From the NCBI RefSeq assembly GCF_006345805.1, contig NC_043001.1, positions 66,588,001 through 66,652,000 of the forward strand: a DNA stretch of 64,000 nt, written 5' to 3'. Both the position numbers and the translations under genes were made by a program. Source of the DNA: Octopus sinensis (taxonomy: Eukaryota). This document shows, piece after piece, positions 1 through 11,376 of this stretch. Position 1 is the first letter of the stretch. Each line of letters starts with the position of its first letter. Under the pieces are notes generated by a model that worked only from the letters and a program-made list of their open reading frames with translations, searched no databases and was not told the origin of the DNA.

Positions 1-262
1 ATGTATATATATATGTATATATATTATATATATATGTATATATATATGTATATATATGTATATATAATATATAATATATGTATATATATATGTATGTATA
101 TATGTATAATATATGTCTATATATATATATATAATCTGTATATATATGTAATAATATATATATATATGTATATATATATTATATATATCTATAATATATA
201 ATTATATATATATGTAATATATATATTATATATATATATAGATATGTATAATATATGTATAT

Positions 263-299
<37 letters not shown>

Positions 300-499
300 G
301 TATATATATATATGTAGATATATAATATCTATTATATGTATATATATCTATATGTATATATATATATATATATAATTATATATATGTATATATATATATA
401 TGTATATATCTATATATGTATATATATTATATATATATGTTTATATAATATATATGTATATAGTTATATAATATATGTATATATATATATATATGTATA
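1..499. repeat. (TA)n-rich low-complexity microsatellite block
   Basis: Near-continuous TA dinucleotides interrupted by TG/TAA; the YI/MY-rich ORF 1..201 is an artefact of it. Confidence 0.97.
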
Positions 500-630
500 A
501 GCCCCCTCTTTCAATACGCTATTTCACCATGCATTACCCCCCTCTCTCGGTATCCTACGTTCTACTTGCCTAGTACCTGTCCTCTGAACCATCCCTCCAC
601 TGGTGCTCCCCTATATTTCTGCCCCCCCCC

Positions 631-862
631 CATAAAAAGCACCATCCGAACGTGGCCGATGCCAGACCCCTCTGGCACCTGTGCAGGTGGCACGTAAAAA
701 ACCCCACTACACTCGCGGGAGTGGTTGGCGTTAGGAAGGGCTCCAGCTGTAGAAACCGCCAGACTAGACTGGAGCCTGGGGCAGTCCCGAGCTCCCCAGA
801 CCCCGTTCGTCGAAACCGTCCACAACCCGTGCTAGCGCGGAAAACGGACGTTAAATGATGAT
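631..862 (+). mobile_element. RTE LINE 3' UTR fragment running into the gap
   Basis: Matches the 3' end of the RTE at 11080-11326 (gtggcacgtaaaaa...gtggttggcgttaggaaggg...gctagcgcggaaaacggacgttaaatgatgat); the (GAT)n tail is cut by the N gap. Confidence 0.9.
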
Positions 863-962
863 NNNNNNNNNNNNNNNNNNNNNNNNNNNNNNNNNNNNNN
901 NNNNNNNNNNNNNNNNNNNNNNNNNNNNNNNNNNNNNNNNNNNNNNNNNNNNNNNNNNNNNN
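863..962. other. Assembly gap (100 N)
   Basis: Run of N. Confidence 1.
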
Positions 963-1564
963 TATGGTCACCACCAGTGTCAAATTAATCACAGAACTTG
1001 AGGCGATCCAATGAAGCTACATGAAGAAGATAGCTTCTGTGCAGCATATAAGCTATTGGGAAAGACTCAAGAGATTAGACTCTATTCCTTAGAGGTGGGG
1101 TGAGAAAGATATGCCATAATATACATCTGGAAGATCCTGGAATGACTTGTCCCAAACTTTGGCATCGAGAGTGAGTTACACAAATCCTAGAACTGGCGCC
1201 ACGCCACGCATAGTGCCAAAGACTCCAAATTTGCCATCAAGATGTAGGACAAGATACTGTAATAGCCTGGGCTTCCGAGGTCCACAGCTCTTCAATATCC
1301 TCCAATAGGACCTGAGAGACCTGCATGGGGTGGATGCAGATGTCTTTAAAATAAAGCCGGACCTCTTTCTGTCAGGTGTCCCAGATGAACCAACTTCACG
1401 GCAGGAGGTGCAGATGAGGGCGGCTGCATCAAACTCTCTCATGCACCAAATGTCAATTGCTAGAAAGCATTCGTGAAGTAAAATCATGTAGCAACACCGA
1501 ATGGCGGTGCCCCAGTATGACCACAGCTCGTGAGCTGAAACTAGATAAAATGAAAAAAAAAAAA
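963..1564 (+). mobile_element. Decayed CR1-group LINE 3' end (post-RT C-terminus) with poly(A)
   Basis: Manual translation across stops and frameshifts gives LEAIQ*SYMKKI...SYWERLKRL...YAIIYIWKILE*LVPN and SLGFRGPQLFNIL...VFKIK.DLFLSGVPDEP, typical of CR1/L2-group ORF2 C-termini; ends in an A-run at ~1553-1564. Confidence 0.8.
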
Positions 1565-2029
1565 TGTATACACTTACATACAATCTGCTTCATTCATGTT
1601 TGATCAATGCATTGAAAAGTCGCCATTAAAACGATCATAATGATAATATTACTACATAGACATTCATATATTTGTATGTACATGTGTGTGTAGAAGAAAA
1701 ATGTATTTATACTTTATAATTATGTGCAAGCAGCATGAAATGTAGATGTGCCCAAACTGTTATTGTATATTTTCCTGTCATTATCTATATTTCCTCCTAA
1801 TTATGGTCTTAATTAGTTATGTGTCTGTGGGAAGGTTATATTACCAGATTGGCAGGATTGTTAAAGTGGCAGACAAAATGCCTTGTGGTATTTGTATTAC
1901 TTCATTATACTCTGAGTTCAAATCTTTCTGAAGTTGATGAAAGAAAGTGTCAGTTAAGTACTAGAGCCAGTTTAATTGATCCTTCTCCTGAATTTTGATG
2001 CTTTGCGCTTATGTTAGAAATCAGAATCA

Positions 2030-2427
2030 TTCTTCATCATTGTCATTATTATTGTTTTAACATCCACTTTCCCATGTTTGCATGGGTCAGTTTGAATTTG
2101 TTGAAGTAGATTTTCTATGGCCAGACGGGCATTTCATGGAAGACTAAAAACGAATGACACCATTTGCATGATGGTCAGGCTCATTTAGAACAATCACAGA
2201 GTGTCAAAACAGGAAAACACACATGCATGTACATTACATACATACATACTTACATATATATGTACACACACACACACGATGAGCTTCTTTCAGTTTTTCC
2301 TATCAAATCCACTCACAAGGCTTTGTTTGGTTTGGGATTATCACTTGCCAAAGGTGCCATGCAGTGGGACTGAACCTGAAATTACATGGTGAGGAAGCAA
2401 GCTTTTCAACCACACATTCATGCCTGC
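2030..2427 (-). mobile_element. tRNA-head SINE with RTE-like tail
   Basis: Minus strand reads gcaggcatgaatgtgtggttgaaaagcttg...caggttcagtcccactg (A/B-box-like head); body and tail are shared with copies at 5385, 23712, 31530, 40590 and 46015. Confidence 0.7.
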
Positions 2428-5384
2428 ATTTGATTATGATTATTATCATCATTTGGTGAATATCGGAAAAATGGCCAGTGTGAAAGGACCCATTTTGAGC
2501 ATGCGCCTGTGAAGAATAAAAAGGGAAGGGCACTTACCCTGTTGGTCAGACACCTGTGGCTTTTGTGGTTTTTTTCCATGAGTTGCCTTAAAGTGCCTCC
2601 TCATATTGGGAGTTTTATTTGTTTAATTTTGTTTGTTATCCTTGTTTACATGTTTTTAAATATATAGCAGGAACTAACCCATGAATGGGTTCCTTATAAC
2701 AAATAATCTTCCATATCTTCAGTTAAACTGAATAAAATTTTGAGATTATATAACTGGAACTAACCAATATATTTCTGGATAATGTTTGGGAGTCTCGTAT
2801 AGCATTTATTGCAGGAACTCACAAATGTGTTTCTTTAGAATTGCATTCTAAGCTTAACTGGGTAATGTTTGTAACTACAATAACAGCTAAAACATGATCT
2901 TAATCAATGAACTTAAAATAAGCTAATTTCTCTGACTTAAATTTTAACTATTACAGGAATTTAATCAGTGAAATTTACAACAATGTTGTTCTTTTTCATT
3001 TGTGTTTTATTATATATCTGTGATAAGGACACAGAAAGGTACCATCAATTTTGTTCTAAATTTGTTAACACCTAGTTTGGTTCTGATTAGACAGATCTTA
3101 TATCAAAAACATCCATTTAAAAAATTTTTGTTTCCAGGAATATTTCATCTAAGATTACATTATCTAGTGTCCTTTTATTAAAGATACGGTGAGGTTTAAG
3201 AGTGATTTAGCTGCTATTTCTAGCATTTTAAATAATCACTTAGAGGCTACATCTGCTATATTTTGGAAGTGTTGGTGTTGATGCTATTTTAGTGTAGCCC
3301 CATATCATGTTTCTGAGCAAATGGACTTTTGAACAAAGGCATTCCTGTACTTGTCTACATAATCCAGAATGTCCTTCCTTTTTAAAGACAATAGAATGAG
3401 ATTTGAGACAAATTTCTCTCTTGTGGCTAGCAAGCTGAACAATCCTTAAAAGGTTCCTGTATTTTTTCTATTAAATGTAAAGGTGAGTTTGGTAAACATT
3501 TTTTATATTCTCACTGCTATTTTAGATATTTCTCAAGGGTAAAATCCATATAAGTTTGTTCTACATTATTTTGGTTCCTTTCACATTTTTCAAATACATG
3601 CTGGTCTTTGTTTTGACAGCTTGCTTAACTTTTGTTTTTGTTTTGTACATTCAGATTGACTTTTATCTTGTCTTTGCTTTCATATTTTGATTTACTGCTA
3701 TCCCCTTTCTTATTCTTAATCTCTCTTCTCTTGTTACATTGATCCAACATTGTGCAGTTACCACCCAGGTTGTTCCTTCATTTCGTTACCTCACCATTGC
3801 ATCTGCTACTTTGAAATTCTTCAGCTTTTCAAACACAAACTGAAGATGTGCTTATGAAGTTGCAAAGATATTATTCAACCTGTCTTAATATCTACTCTTG
3901 GAGAATTCCTGACATGGGTGATACTCACACTGAATGAGAAAATTCATGCTTCAATTCAGCTATTGTGGTTGTGGTATTCTCTCTTAGAGGATAACTGTTA
4001 TAAATTGGGTTGTGGGGACACTATCAAGTAATAGATTCCAAGTGTTTTGGAGCCCATTCTATATGTCTGTATATATCAGCTTTGTCCACATTTCTATGTT
4101 GGATTCTCACTAGTTTTGCATTCCTTATCTTAATGGTTTTCATGGTTTATTCAGCCAAGGAAGAACAGTGTCTATGATTTAGGATCTATTTAAAACTCTT
4201 GTATTCAGTTGAATTCCAATTGATTACTTTTGATTTTTGATGTTAGGTGATGATAATTTTGATATGTATTCTTGTATGGCTTTGATGAAGGGTAGTGTAT
4301 GTTCTTATGTGGTTTTGAACTCATTAGAATCTGAGCAGTTAGCTACCACTCTAATTACACTCTTGTTATCAGTCAAATACTGTATTGATATGGTCCTTTT
4401 TTCCAATATGCTTACATGTATCTATGCTTACATAGATACATATATATTTATCAAAATTTGACCGTTTACTCTCAATTTTTGTCTTTGGTTGTTCACAGCT
4501 GTCAACATTTGATATTATAAACTTATTTATTTCATTCTACCCAGTGTATTGAGTTTTATACTAGATAATGCTTGCACTATCTATTTGTTTGTCCATCCGT
4601 CCACATGCTCACCTGCCGCTCTTATTTAATTTTCTAACAACAGCAGTCAAAATTCCTTCAAATCACACTCACTTAGCTTAAAAGATGGATAATGTGGTTG
4701 AGGGTGTGAGTATGCTGCATCTGAATCAAAGCCAGAGTAACCATGGTTGAGGTGACTTTTAGTCATGAATCTACTTGAAATAGTCTGACCAGGGTTAAAC
4801 AAACAACAGCAAATCACTGCCGTGTCATCCTGAAAATGCAGGATCTCATCCAGTCCTAACTTTCCAGTTATCTTCTAAACTTCCTTTGGTCTACATTTGT
4901 CCTGGATCATTTCTTTCCCTGATCTTAGGATATAACTATGCTGCAAGTATTCAAGCAGGTTTCCTGTCTGAGAATAACTTACTTCCTTCTTGCCTCCAGT
5001 CTCAGTTCCTGAAAAAGGGTCATTGGCTCTGCCATTCCTCTCTATACTAAGAAATTATAAAACACTGCCACCAACAACAAAAGCTCATTTTAAGCCCCTG
5101 CTATATACAGCCTTTGTGTTTTTATTATAATTAGTTACTAATTATGAATTTAGATATTAATCCTTTTTAATTTCTTTTATATATTAGTCTTAATTACAAT
5201 AGCTGTTAACAATTTCAAATTACAATATCTTTTTAGAACTTGAATTGCTTTATAGAACCAAGTCACTTTGATTTTAGAAGAGCTGTGATTAAAGACGTTC
5301 TAGCCTTGACCATCTTATTTTTTCGGATATTGTTTATCTCAGAATGCATTGTCTAATAAGGCCTTGAATTTTTTTAAAATGATA

Positions 5385-5795
5385 GCTCAGGTGTGGCTGT
5401 GTGGTTAAGAAGTTTGCTTCCTAATCACACGATCCCATGTTCAGTTCCACTGTATGGCATTGGGCAAGTGTCCTCCACTAGAGCTTCAGGCTGTCCAAAG
5501 CCATGTGAGTAGAATTTGTAGACAATCACTGAAAGAAGCCTGATTTGTGTGTGTTTCTTTGTCTTGACATTGAACAGTAGTTGTAAATGAGCATCACCAT
5601 CATACAAGCAGTGTCTTTTGTTTCCAATCTTCCAATGAAACATGTCTGGCCATGGGGAAATATTAACTTGTTTGGGAACATGTGAGGGTTGGTGACATGA
5701 AGGACATCCAACCTTAGAATACCTGTTTCAGTGAATTGTATTTGACCTATTCAAGATTGGGTAAATAGATGTTAAAATACTGCTGCTGATATATG
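5385..5795 (+). mobile_element. tRNA-head SINE with degenerate RTE-derived 3' tail
   Basis: Head caggtgtggctgtgtggttaagaag...atgttcagttccactg; tail gttggtgacatgaaggacatccaacc...gatgttaaaatactgctgctgat resembles the RTE 3' end. Confidence 0.75.
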
Positions 5796-7101
5796 ATTTG
5801 GCTGTTTCTTTAATAACTATGTATTTGGTTCATGTTAGTATTTCATGTTAGTAATAGGATGAGAGAGAGAGAGAGAGCATGTATCACAGTAACATATAAC
5901 TTGAGTTTGTGGAGCATCTTCTCTCTTCTTTACGTATATTTTTGTTAAATATTAGCCAACAGAGATTTACCAAATCCCTTGGAAATTTTCTTAAGACTTC
6001 TAAAACTGATATTAATTAGAAACCAGTGTCTTGTTGCTAATTATAAGTTATATTAAGACAATTCCTGAGACATTAACAGGAAGGAGAAAAAAGATTTTTA
6101 TTTAAAGAATATTTCTCTGTATAAATGTTGATCAGCAACTCCTACAGTTTCTCTTTTTATCGTTTTTAATGGATGTTTGCATCAGACTCACTGGACTGGA
6201 AAACTGTTTCGTATCTTCTTACTGGGCTTGGTTTCTGTGTGTCTGCATGTGTGTGCATACATATGCCTATATATTTATATTTACATGTGTATGTATGTGT
6301 GTGTGTGTTGTATGCATGGTATGTGTAGTAGAGATACATGTGTGGGATTGTGTGCGCATGCATACACACATACAATTTTAAATCCTCTATAGTGCCTCAA
6401 TATAGTCTTCCAATCTGCTAGAAACAGCAGCTTAATACTCCCTGAATTACACTATACCATTATCAATAAGAAAAAAAAAAGACATTAGATAATGTAGGCT
6501 TACTACAAACCTCTAAAAAGATAAGGTAGTCATAAGTTGGTCATAGTATGCCTTTGCTCATTGGTTTACTTGCTCAGGAGTAACCTGGGATTAAACAACA
6601 CCAACTGTAGTTAGTGAGTTATTTTTTGTGTGTACTGGTTAACTATATTGCTAAAGTGATGGAGTGTGGTCTAACGATTAAGATACTGAGATCACTATCA
6701 TAAAGTTGTAGGTTCCATTTCTGAACCAGGTGATGCATTGTGACCTTGTGCAAGGCACTTCATTTCACATAGTTCTCTCTCCTTCTGACAGTCACATTCT
6801 GAATGTGATACTCATCAAGGAGTCTAAGCAGAACATTAAGGATGTGGCAGCTGGAGGGAGAGTCAGTGCTGTGCCAGCAATTGGGTAGTGCTCAGGCCAA
6901 GCTGAAAACATTGGAGCATCATCTAAGGATGCATTGCGCTCAAGGACACAACTTGCCACATAGTCCAGGAATCAAAACCCATTGACATGTGGTTGAGGGG
7001 CCTAACACCCTAACCACATAGGCATACATATTCACTTTGTCTATATGTAATGTATATATATATATGTACAGCATGTATATAAAAAGTATATATATATATG
7101 T

Positions 7102-7146
<45 letters not shown>

Positions 7147-7150
<4 letters not shown>

Positions 7151-7400
7151 TGTCACATGACCAACCAGGCTATCAGATGTTGTTACACATCACTGGCTAA
7201 GCGAACAGGCCAACAGAAGAAAGAGTGAGAGAAAGTTGCGGCAAAAGAGTATAGCAGGGGTCGCCACCACCCCCTGCCGGAGCCTCGTGGAGCTTTAGGT
7301 GTTTTCGCTCAATAAACACACAAAATGCCTGGTCTGGGAATCGAAACCGCGATCCTCCGACCGTGAGTCCGCTGCCCTAACCACTGGGCCATTGCGCCTC

Positions 7401-7403
<3 letters not shown>
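7147..7403 (-). mobile_element. tRNA-derived SINE, well-preserved head
   Basis: Minus strand ggaggcgcaatggcccagtggttagggcagcggactcacggtcggaggatcgcggtttcgattcccagacc has A-box (TGGCCCAGTGG) and B-box (GTTTCGATTCC) motifs followed by a non-tRNA body; a partial second copy lies at 25580-25708. Confidence 0.85.
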
Positions 7404-7459
<56 letters not shown>

Positions 7460-7689
7460 ATACATGTATGTGTGTGTATATATGTAGTATATATGTATAT
7501 GTCTATATGTAGTATATGTATATATGTAGTATATATATATGTATATATGTAGTATATATATATATATGTATATATGTAGTATATATATATATATGAATAT
7601 ATGTAGTATATATATATATGAATATATGTAGTATATATGTATATATGTATATATGACCCCTGCTGTAAATATATATGTATATATGTAAT
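7404..7689. repeat. (TA)n plus TATATGTAG-type minisatellite
   Basis: Repeated tatatgtagtatatat units. Confidence 0.9.
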
Positions 7690-7918
7690 AGCACCATCCG
7701 ACTGTGGCCGTTTGCCAGCCTCGTCTGGCACCTGTGCCGGTGGCACGTAAAAAGCACCCACTACACTCACGGAGTGGTTGGCGTTAAGAAGGGCATTCAG
7801 CTGTAGAAACATTGCCAGATCAGACTGGGCCTGGTGCAGCCTTCTGGCTTCCCAGACCCCAGTTGAACCATCCAACCCATGCTAGCATGGAAAGCAGATG
7901 CTAAAAAATGATGATGAT
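7690..7918 (+). mobile_element. RTE LINE 3' UTR fragment inserted in TA-rich DNA
   Basis: gcaccatccgactgtggccg...ccatgctagcatggaaagcagatgctaaaaaatgatgatgat; matches the other RTE tails. Confidence 0.9.
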
Positions 7919-8012
7919 ATATATATTTAATGTAGAATAAGATTTTTTTGAAAAAAAGATTTTATCAATGGCTAGCATATTAAAAAAATACCTTTAAAGG
8001 TTAACATTATAA

Positions 8013-8119
8013 ACAACTTATAAATAAGGGCAAACGAAAAAATTTCTAATGCCAAATATGCCGAAAATTGGACATATTGGAAAATTGGACATTTTCGTTT
8101 GCCCTTATTTATAAGTTGT
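8013..8119. repeat. Perfect 28-bp inverted repeat with 51-bp spacer
   Basis: acaacttataaataagggcaaacgaaaa (8013-8040) and ttttcgtttgcccttatttataagttgt (8092-8119) are exact reverse complements. Confidence 0.92.
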
Positions 8120-8486
8120 ATATAATATATATATATGTATAACATTGCTACTATGAGAAATTATTGCTCTGCTTTATGTGTTTTCACTTTCCAAATGGTC
8201 TCAGTGAACAAATTAACTCGTATATAGAGGCATTACTGTATATATATATATTTATATGTATATACAGGTATAAGTTAGAGGTGTTTAAAACCTCTAAGGG
8301 ATGGTTAAATCCAAAGGTGCTCCTGGTGATTACCTGCGTAGGTACAATCCTTGGTAAAAGGTATACAGTAGCAGGTAATTCAGCAGGTAAACCATAGTTT
8401 AAATTATATGTGAGAAGAAAATGGAAGAAAAATAACGAGAAGTTGGTCGTTTGCACTATTTTCCCTCCATTTTCTACTTGCATAAA

Positions 8487-8530
<44 letters not shown>

Positions 8531-8531
<1 letters not shown>

Positions 8532-8991
8532 CAAAATCAAATTCGATGACTGGCATCCATGCTAGTGGAGCGCTAAGAGCACCATCCGAGCTTGATCATT
8601 GCCAGAGCAGCTAACTGGCTTCCGTGCTGGTGGCACATAAAAAGCACCATTTGAGCGTGATCGTTACCAGCGTCGCCTTACTGGCACATGACAAAACATT
8701 CGAGCGAGGTCGTTGCCAGTGCTGCTGGACTGGCTCTTATGCAAGTGGCAGATAAAAAGCACCATTTGAGTATGGCCGTTGCCAGCACTGCCTGACTGGC
8801 CCTTGTGCTGGTGGCACATAAAAGTACCCAGTACACTCTCGGAGTGGTTGGCGTTAGGAAGGGCATCCAGCTGTAGAAACCTTGCCAAATCAAGATTGGA
8901 GACTGGTGTAGCCATCTGGCTTGCCAGTCCTCAGTCAAATCGTCCAACTCATGCTCGCATGGAAAACGGACATTAAACTTTGATGATGATG

Positions 8992-8993
<2 letters not shown>
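8531..8993 (+). mobile_element. RTE LINE 3' UTR fragment with about four internal tandem units
   Basis: Repeated gtggcac(a/g)taaaa(a)gcacc units, then the terminal sequence and (GAT)4; (TA)n on both sides. Confidence 0.9.
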
Positions 8994-9035
<42 letters not shown>

Positions 9036-11326
9036 GCAGAAAAGAAGAAGTTTGCCAATGTCCAGCGTCGCGAGGATCAAAGAGCCGAAGTATTTCGGAT
9101 TGCCAGACAGTGTGTCAGAGAAAATAGCGATGTTATAGGAGAGAAATGTGTCCGCATGGATGATGGGGCACTTGCTTTTACTACTAGTGAAAAGAAAGAG
9201 GCTTGGAGAAGCCATTATGAAAGACTGCTGAATGAGGAGAATGAATGGGAGGAGGAGAACCTGCCAAATGTTGACCCAGTAGAGGGACCAGCTACCCGAA
9301 TAGACAGCTCCCTTGTAGATAAGGCAATTAAGGATATGAAACCAGGCAAAGCCCCTGGCCTATCAGGAATCACTGCTGAGATGCTTAAAACAGCTGGCTA
9401 TGTGGGCTATGCCATAGTCACCCGCATTGTAAACCAGGTAGTTCACAATGGAGTCATACCCAATGACTGGTGCAGCAGCACCATAGTCAACTGCTACAAG
9501 GGTAAGGGTGATGCTCTAGATAGAAATAACTACAGAGGCATCAAACTGTTGGACCAGGTGATGAAGGTCTCAGAGAAGGTCATAACCAATCTCATTAGGG
9601 AGAGAATTTGTTTAGATGAAATGCAGTTCGGTTTTGTACCAGGTAGAAGCACCACTGATGCTATATTCCTGGTCCGACAACTGCAGGAGAAGTACCTAGC
9701 TAAAGATAAACCCCTCTACATAGCTTTTGTAGACTTGGAGAAAGCCTTTGACAGGGTTCCCCGTTCCCTTATCTGGTGGTCGATGCGGAAACTGGAGATT
9801 GAAGAATGGCTAATAAGGGCTGTACAGGCTCTATACAGAGAGGCTGTCAGCAAGGTTAGGATTGGCAACGAATATAGTGAAGAATTCCGGGTAGAAGTAG
9901 GTGTGCACCAGGGCTCAGCCCTCAGTCCCCTTTTATTTATCATAGTCCTTCAGGCAATAACAGAGGAATTCAAAACGGGATGCCCCTGGGAGCTCCTCTA
10001 TGCCGATGACCTAGCTCTCATAGCAGAATCACTACCGGAACTAGAAGAGAAATTTCGGGTGTGGAAGCAAGGGTTGGAATCAAAGGGCCTTAGAATAAAT
10101 GTAGCAAAGACCAAAGTATTAGTAAGCAACAAGAGGTACTCAGCACACATCCCCTCGGGTAGGTGGCCCTGCTCAACCTGTAGGAAAGGTACAGGTAGAA
10201 ACTCCATAAGATGCACCCAATGTAAGTTATGGACACATAAGAGGTGCAGCAACATTAAAGGGAAATTAACAGATAAGATAGCTTTCATGTGCGGCAGATG
10301 CACAGGGACAATAGACACAACAGACACTCAGAAAACAGATTCCATCACACTCCAGGGAGAGAAACTAGAAGTAGTTGATAGTTTCCGCTACCTGGGTGAC
10401 CAAGTTAGTAGCGGAGGTGGATGCACAGAGAGTATCACCACTAGAATACGAATAGCCTGGGCAAAGTTCAGAAAGCTCCTACCCCTACTGGCAACAAAAG
10501 GTCTCTCCCTCAGAGCAAAAGGTAGATTGTATGATGTATGTGTGCGAACTGCCATGCTTCATGGTAATGAAACATGGGCTGTGACTGCAGAAGACATGCG
10601 TAGACTTGAAAGAAATGAAGCTAGCATGATCCGCTGGATGTGTAGTGTCAGTGTGCACGCAAAACAGAGTGTAAGTATCCTGAGAGAAATGCTGGATATA
10701 AGAAGCATCAGATGTGGTGTACAAGAGCGACGCTTGCGATGGTATGGTCATGTGCTGCGGATGGATGAAGAGAGATGTGTGAAGAAGTGCCACTCCCAAA
10801 CAGTTGAAGGTATCAGGGGGAGAGGTAGACCCAGGAAGACATGGGATGAAGTGGTCAAGCATGACCTCAGAACATTGGGCCTCACTGAGGCAATGGCGAA
10901 GGACCGAGATCTCTGGAGATATGCTGTGACTACAAAGACCCGGGCTGCTTTCTGCAGCAATTCCACATACCCCCTACCCATTCTAAGTACCCCGGATCCC
11001 CAAAGTACCCTGGATCCCCAAAGTACCCCGATCCCCAAAGTACCCCGGACCTCGTTGCCCCCGTGCCACTGACATGTTAAAATGCTCGAACCGATCGTGA
11101 CGATGCCGGACCCTCCGGCCCCTGTGCAGGTGGCACGTAAAAAGCACCCAATCCACTCACGGAGTGGTTGGCGTTAGGAAGGGCATCCAGCCGTAGAAAC
11201 TCTGCCAGATTCAGACTGGAGCCTGGAGCGGCCCCTGGCTTCCCAGACCCGGTCGAACCGTCCAACCCGTGCTAGCGCGGAAAGCGGACGTTAAACGATG
11301 ATGATGATGATGATGATGATGATGAT
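9036..11326 (+). mobile_element. 5'-truncated RTE-clade LINE (copy 1), young
   Basis: Open RT ORF (QFGF, AFVDLEKAFD, HQGSALSPLLF, LLYADDLAL, FRYLG), RTE-type C-terminus (RRLRWYGHVLRM...RGRGRPRKTW), 3' UTR and (GAT)10 tail; no APE domain. Confidence 0.95.
9156..11072 (+). CDS. RTE LINE ORF (truncated): reverse transcriptase with embedded PHD-like finger
   Basis: 638-aa uninterrupted ORF with YADD catalytic motif and C4HC3 insert at 10170-10301; the reading frame is open upstream to the truncation point, so the listed Met is internal. Confidence 0.85.
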   Translation: MDDGALAFTTSEKKEAWRSHYERLLNEENEWEEENLPNVDPVEGPATRIDSSLVDKAIKDMKPGKAPGLSGITAEMLKTAGYVGYAIVTRIVNQVVHNGVIPNDWCSSTIVNCYKGKGDALDRNNYRGIKLLDQVMKVSEKVITNLIRERICLDEMQFGFVPGRSTTDAIFLVRQLQEKYLAKDKPLYIAFVDLEKAFDRVPRSLIWWSMRKLEIEEWLIRAVQALYREAVSKVRIGNEYSEEFRVEVGVHQGSALSPLLFIIVLQAITEEFKTGCPWELLYADDLALIAESLPELEEKFRVWKQGLESKGLRINVAKTKVLVSNKRYSAHIPSGRWPCSTCRKGTGRNSIRCTQCKLWTHKRCSNIKGKLTDKIAFMCGRCTGTIDTTDTQKTDSITLQGEKLEVVDSFRYLGDQVSSGGGCTESITTRIRIAWAKFRKLLPLLATKGLSLRAKGRLYDVCVRTAMLHGNETWAVTAEDMRRLERNEASMIRWMCSVSVHAKQSVSILREMLDIRSIRCGVQERRLRWYGHVLRMDEERCVKKCHSQTVEGIRGRGRPRKTWDEVVKHDLRTLGLTEAMAKDRDLWRYAVTTKTRAAFCSNSTYPLPILSTPDPQSTLDPQSTPIPKVPRTSLPPCH

Positions 11327-11345
11327 ATATATGTGTGTGTGTATA

Positions 11346-11376
<31 letters not shown>

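Noticed and set aside
1-201. ORFs rich in Y/I/M/C/V/H/T here and at many microsatellites
   Set aside because: Translations of (TA)n, (CA)n and (CAT)n repeats; not genes.
570-992. 140-aa ORF
   Set aside because: Spans the N gap and an RTE tail.
3840-3880. CTGAAGATG...caaagatatt hammerhead-like text
   Set aside because: GAAA core lost, and helices II and III do not pair convincingly.
4983-5008. Minus-strand 26-nt segment with AG and GTAAGT boundaries
   Set aside because: Short pyrimidine tract, no partner exon, within chance expectation.
7330-7403. tRNA-like sequence
   Set aside because: Has A/B boxes but no convincing acceptor stem, and continues into a SINE body found elsewhere; a SINE head, not a tRNA gene.
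9716-11038. Antisense ORFs of 75-138 aa recurring at each RTE copy
   Set aside because: Shadow frames of the RT ORF; their recurrence reflects element copy number.
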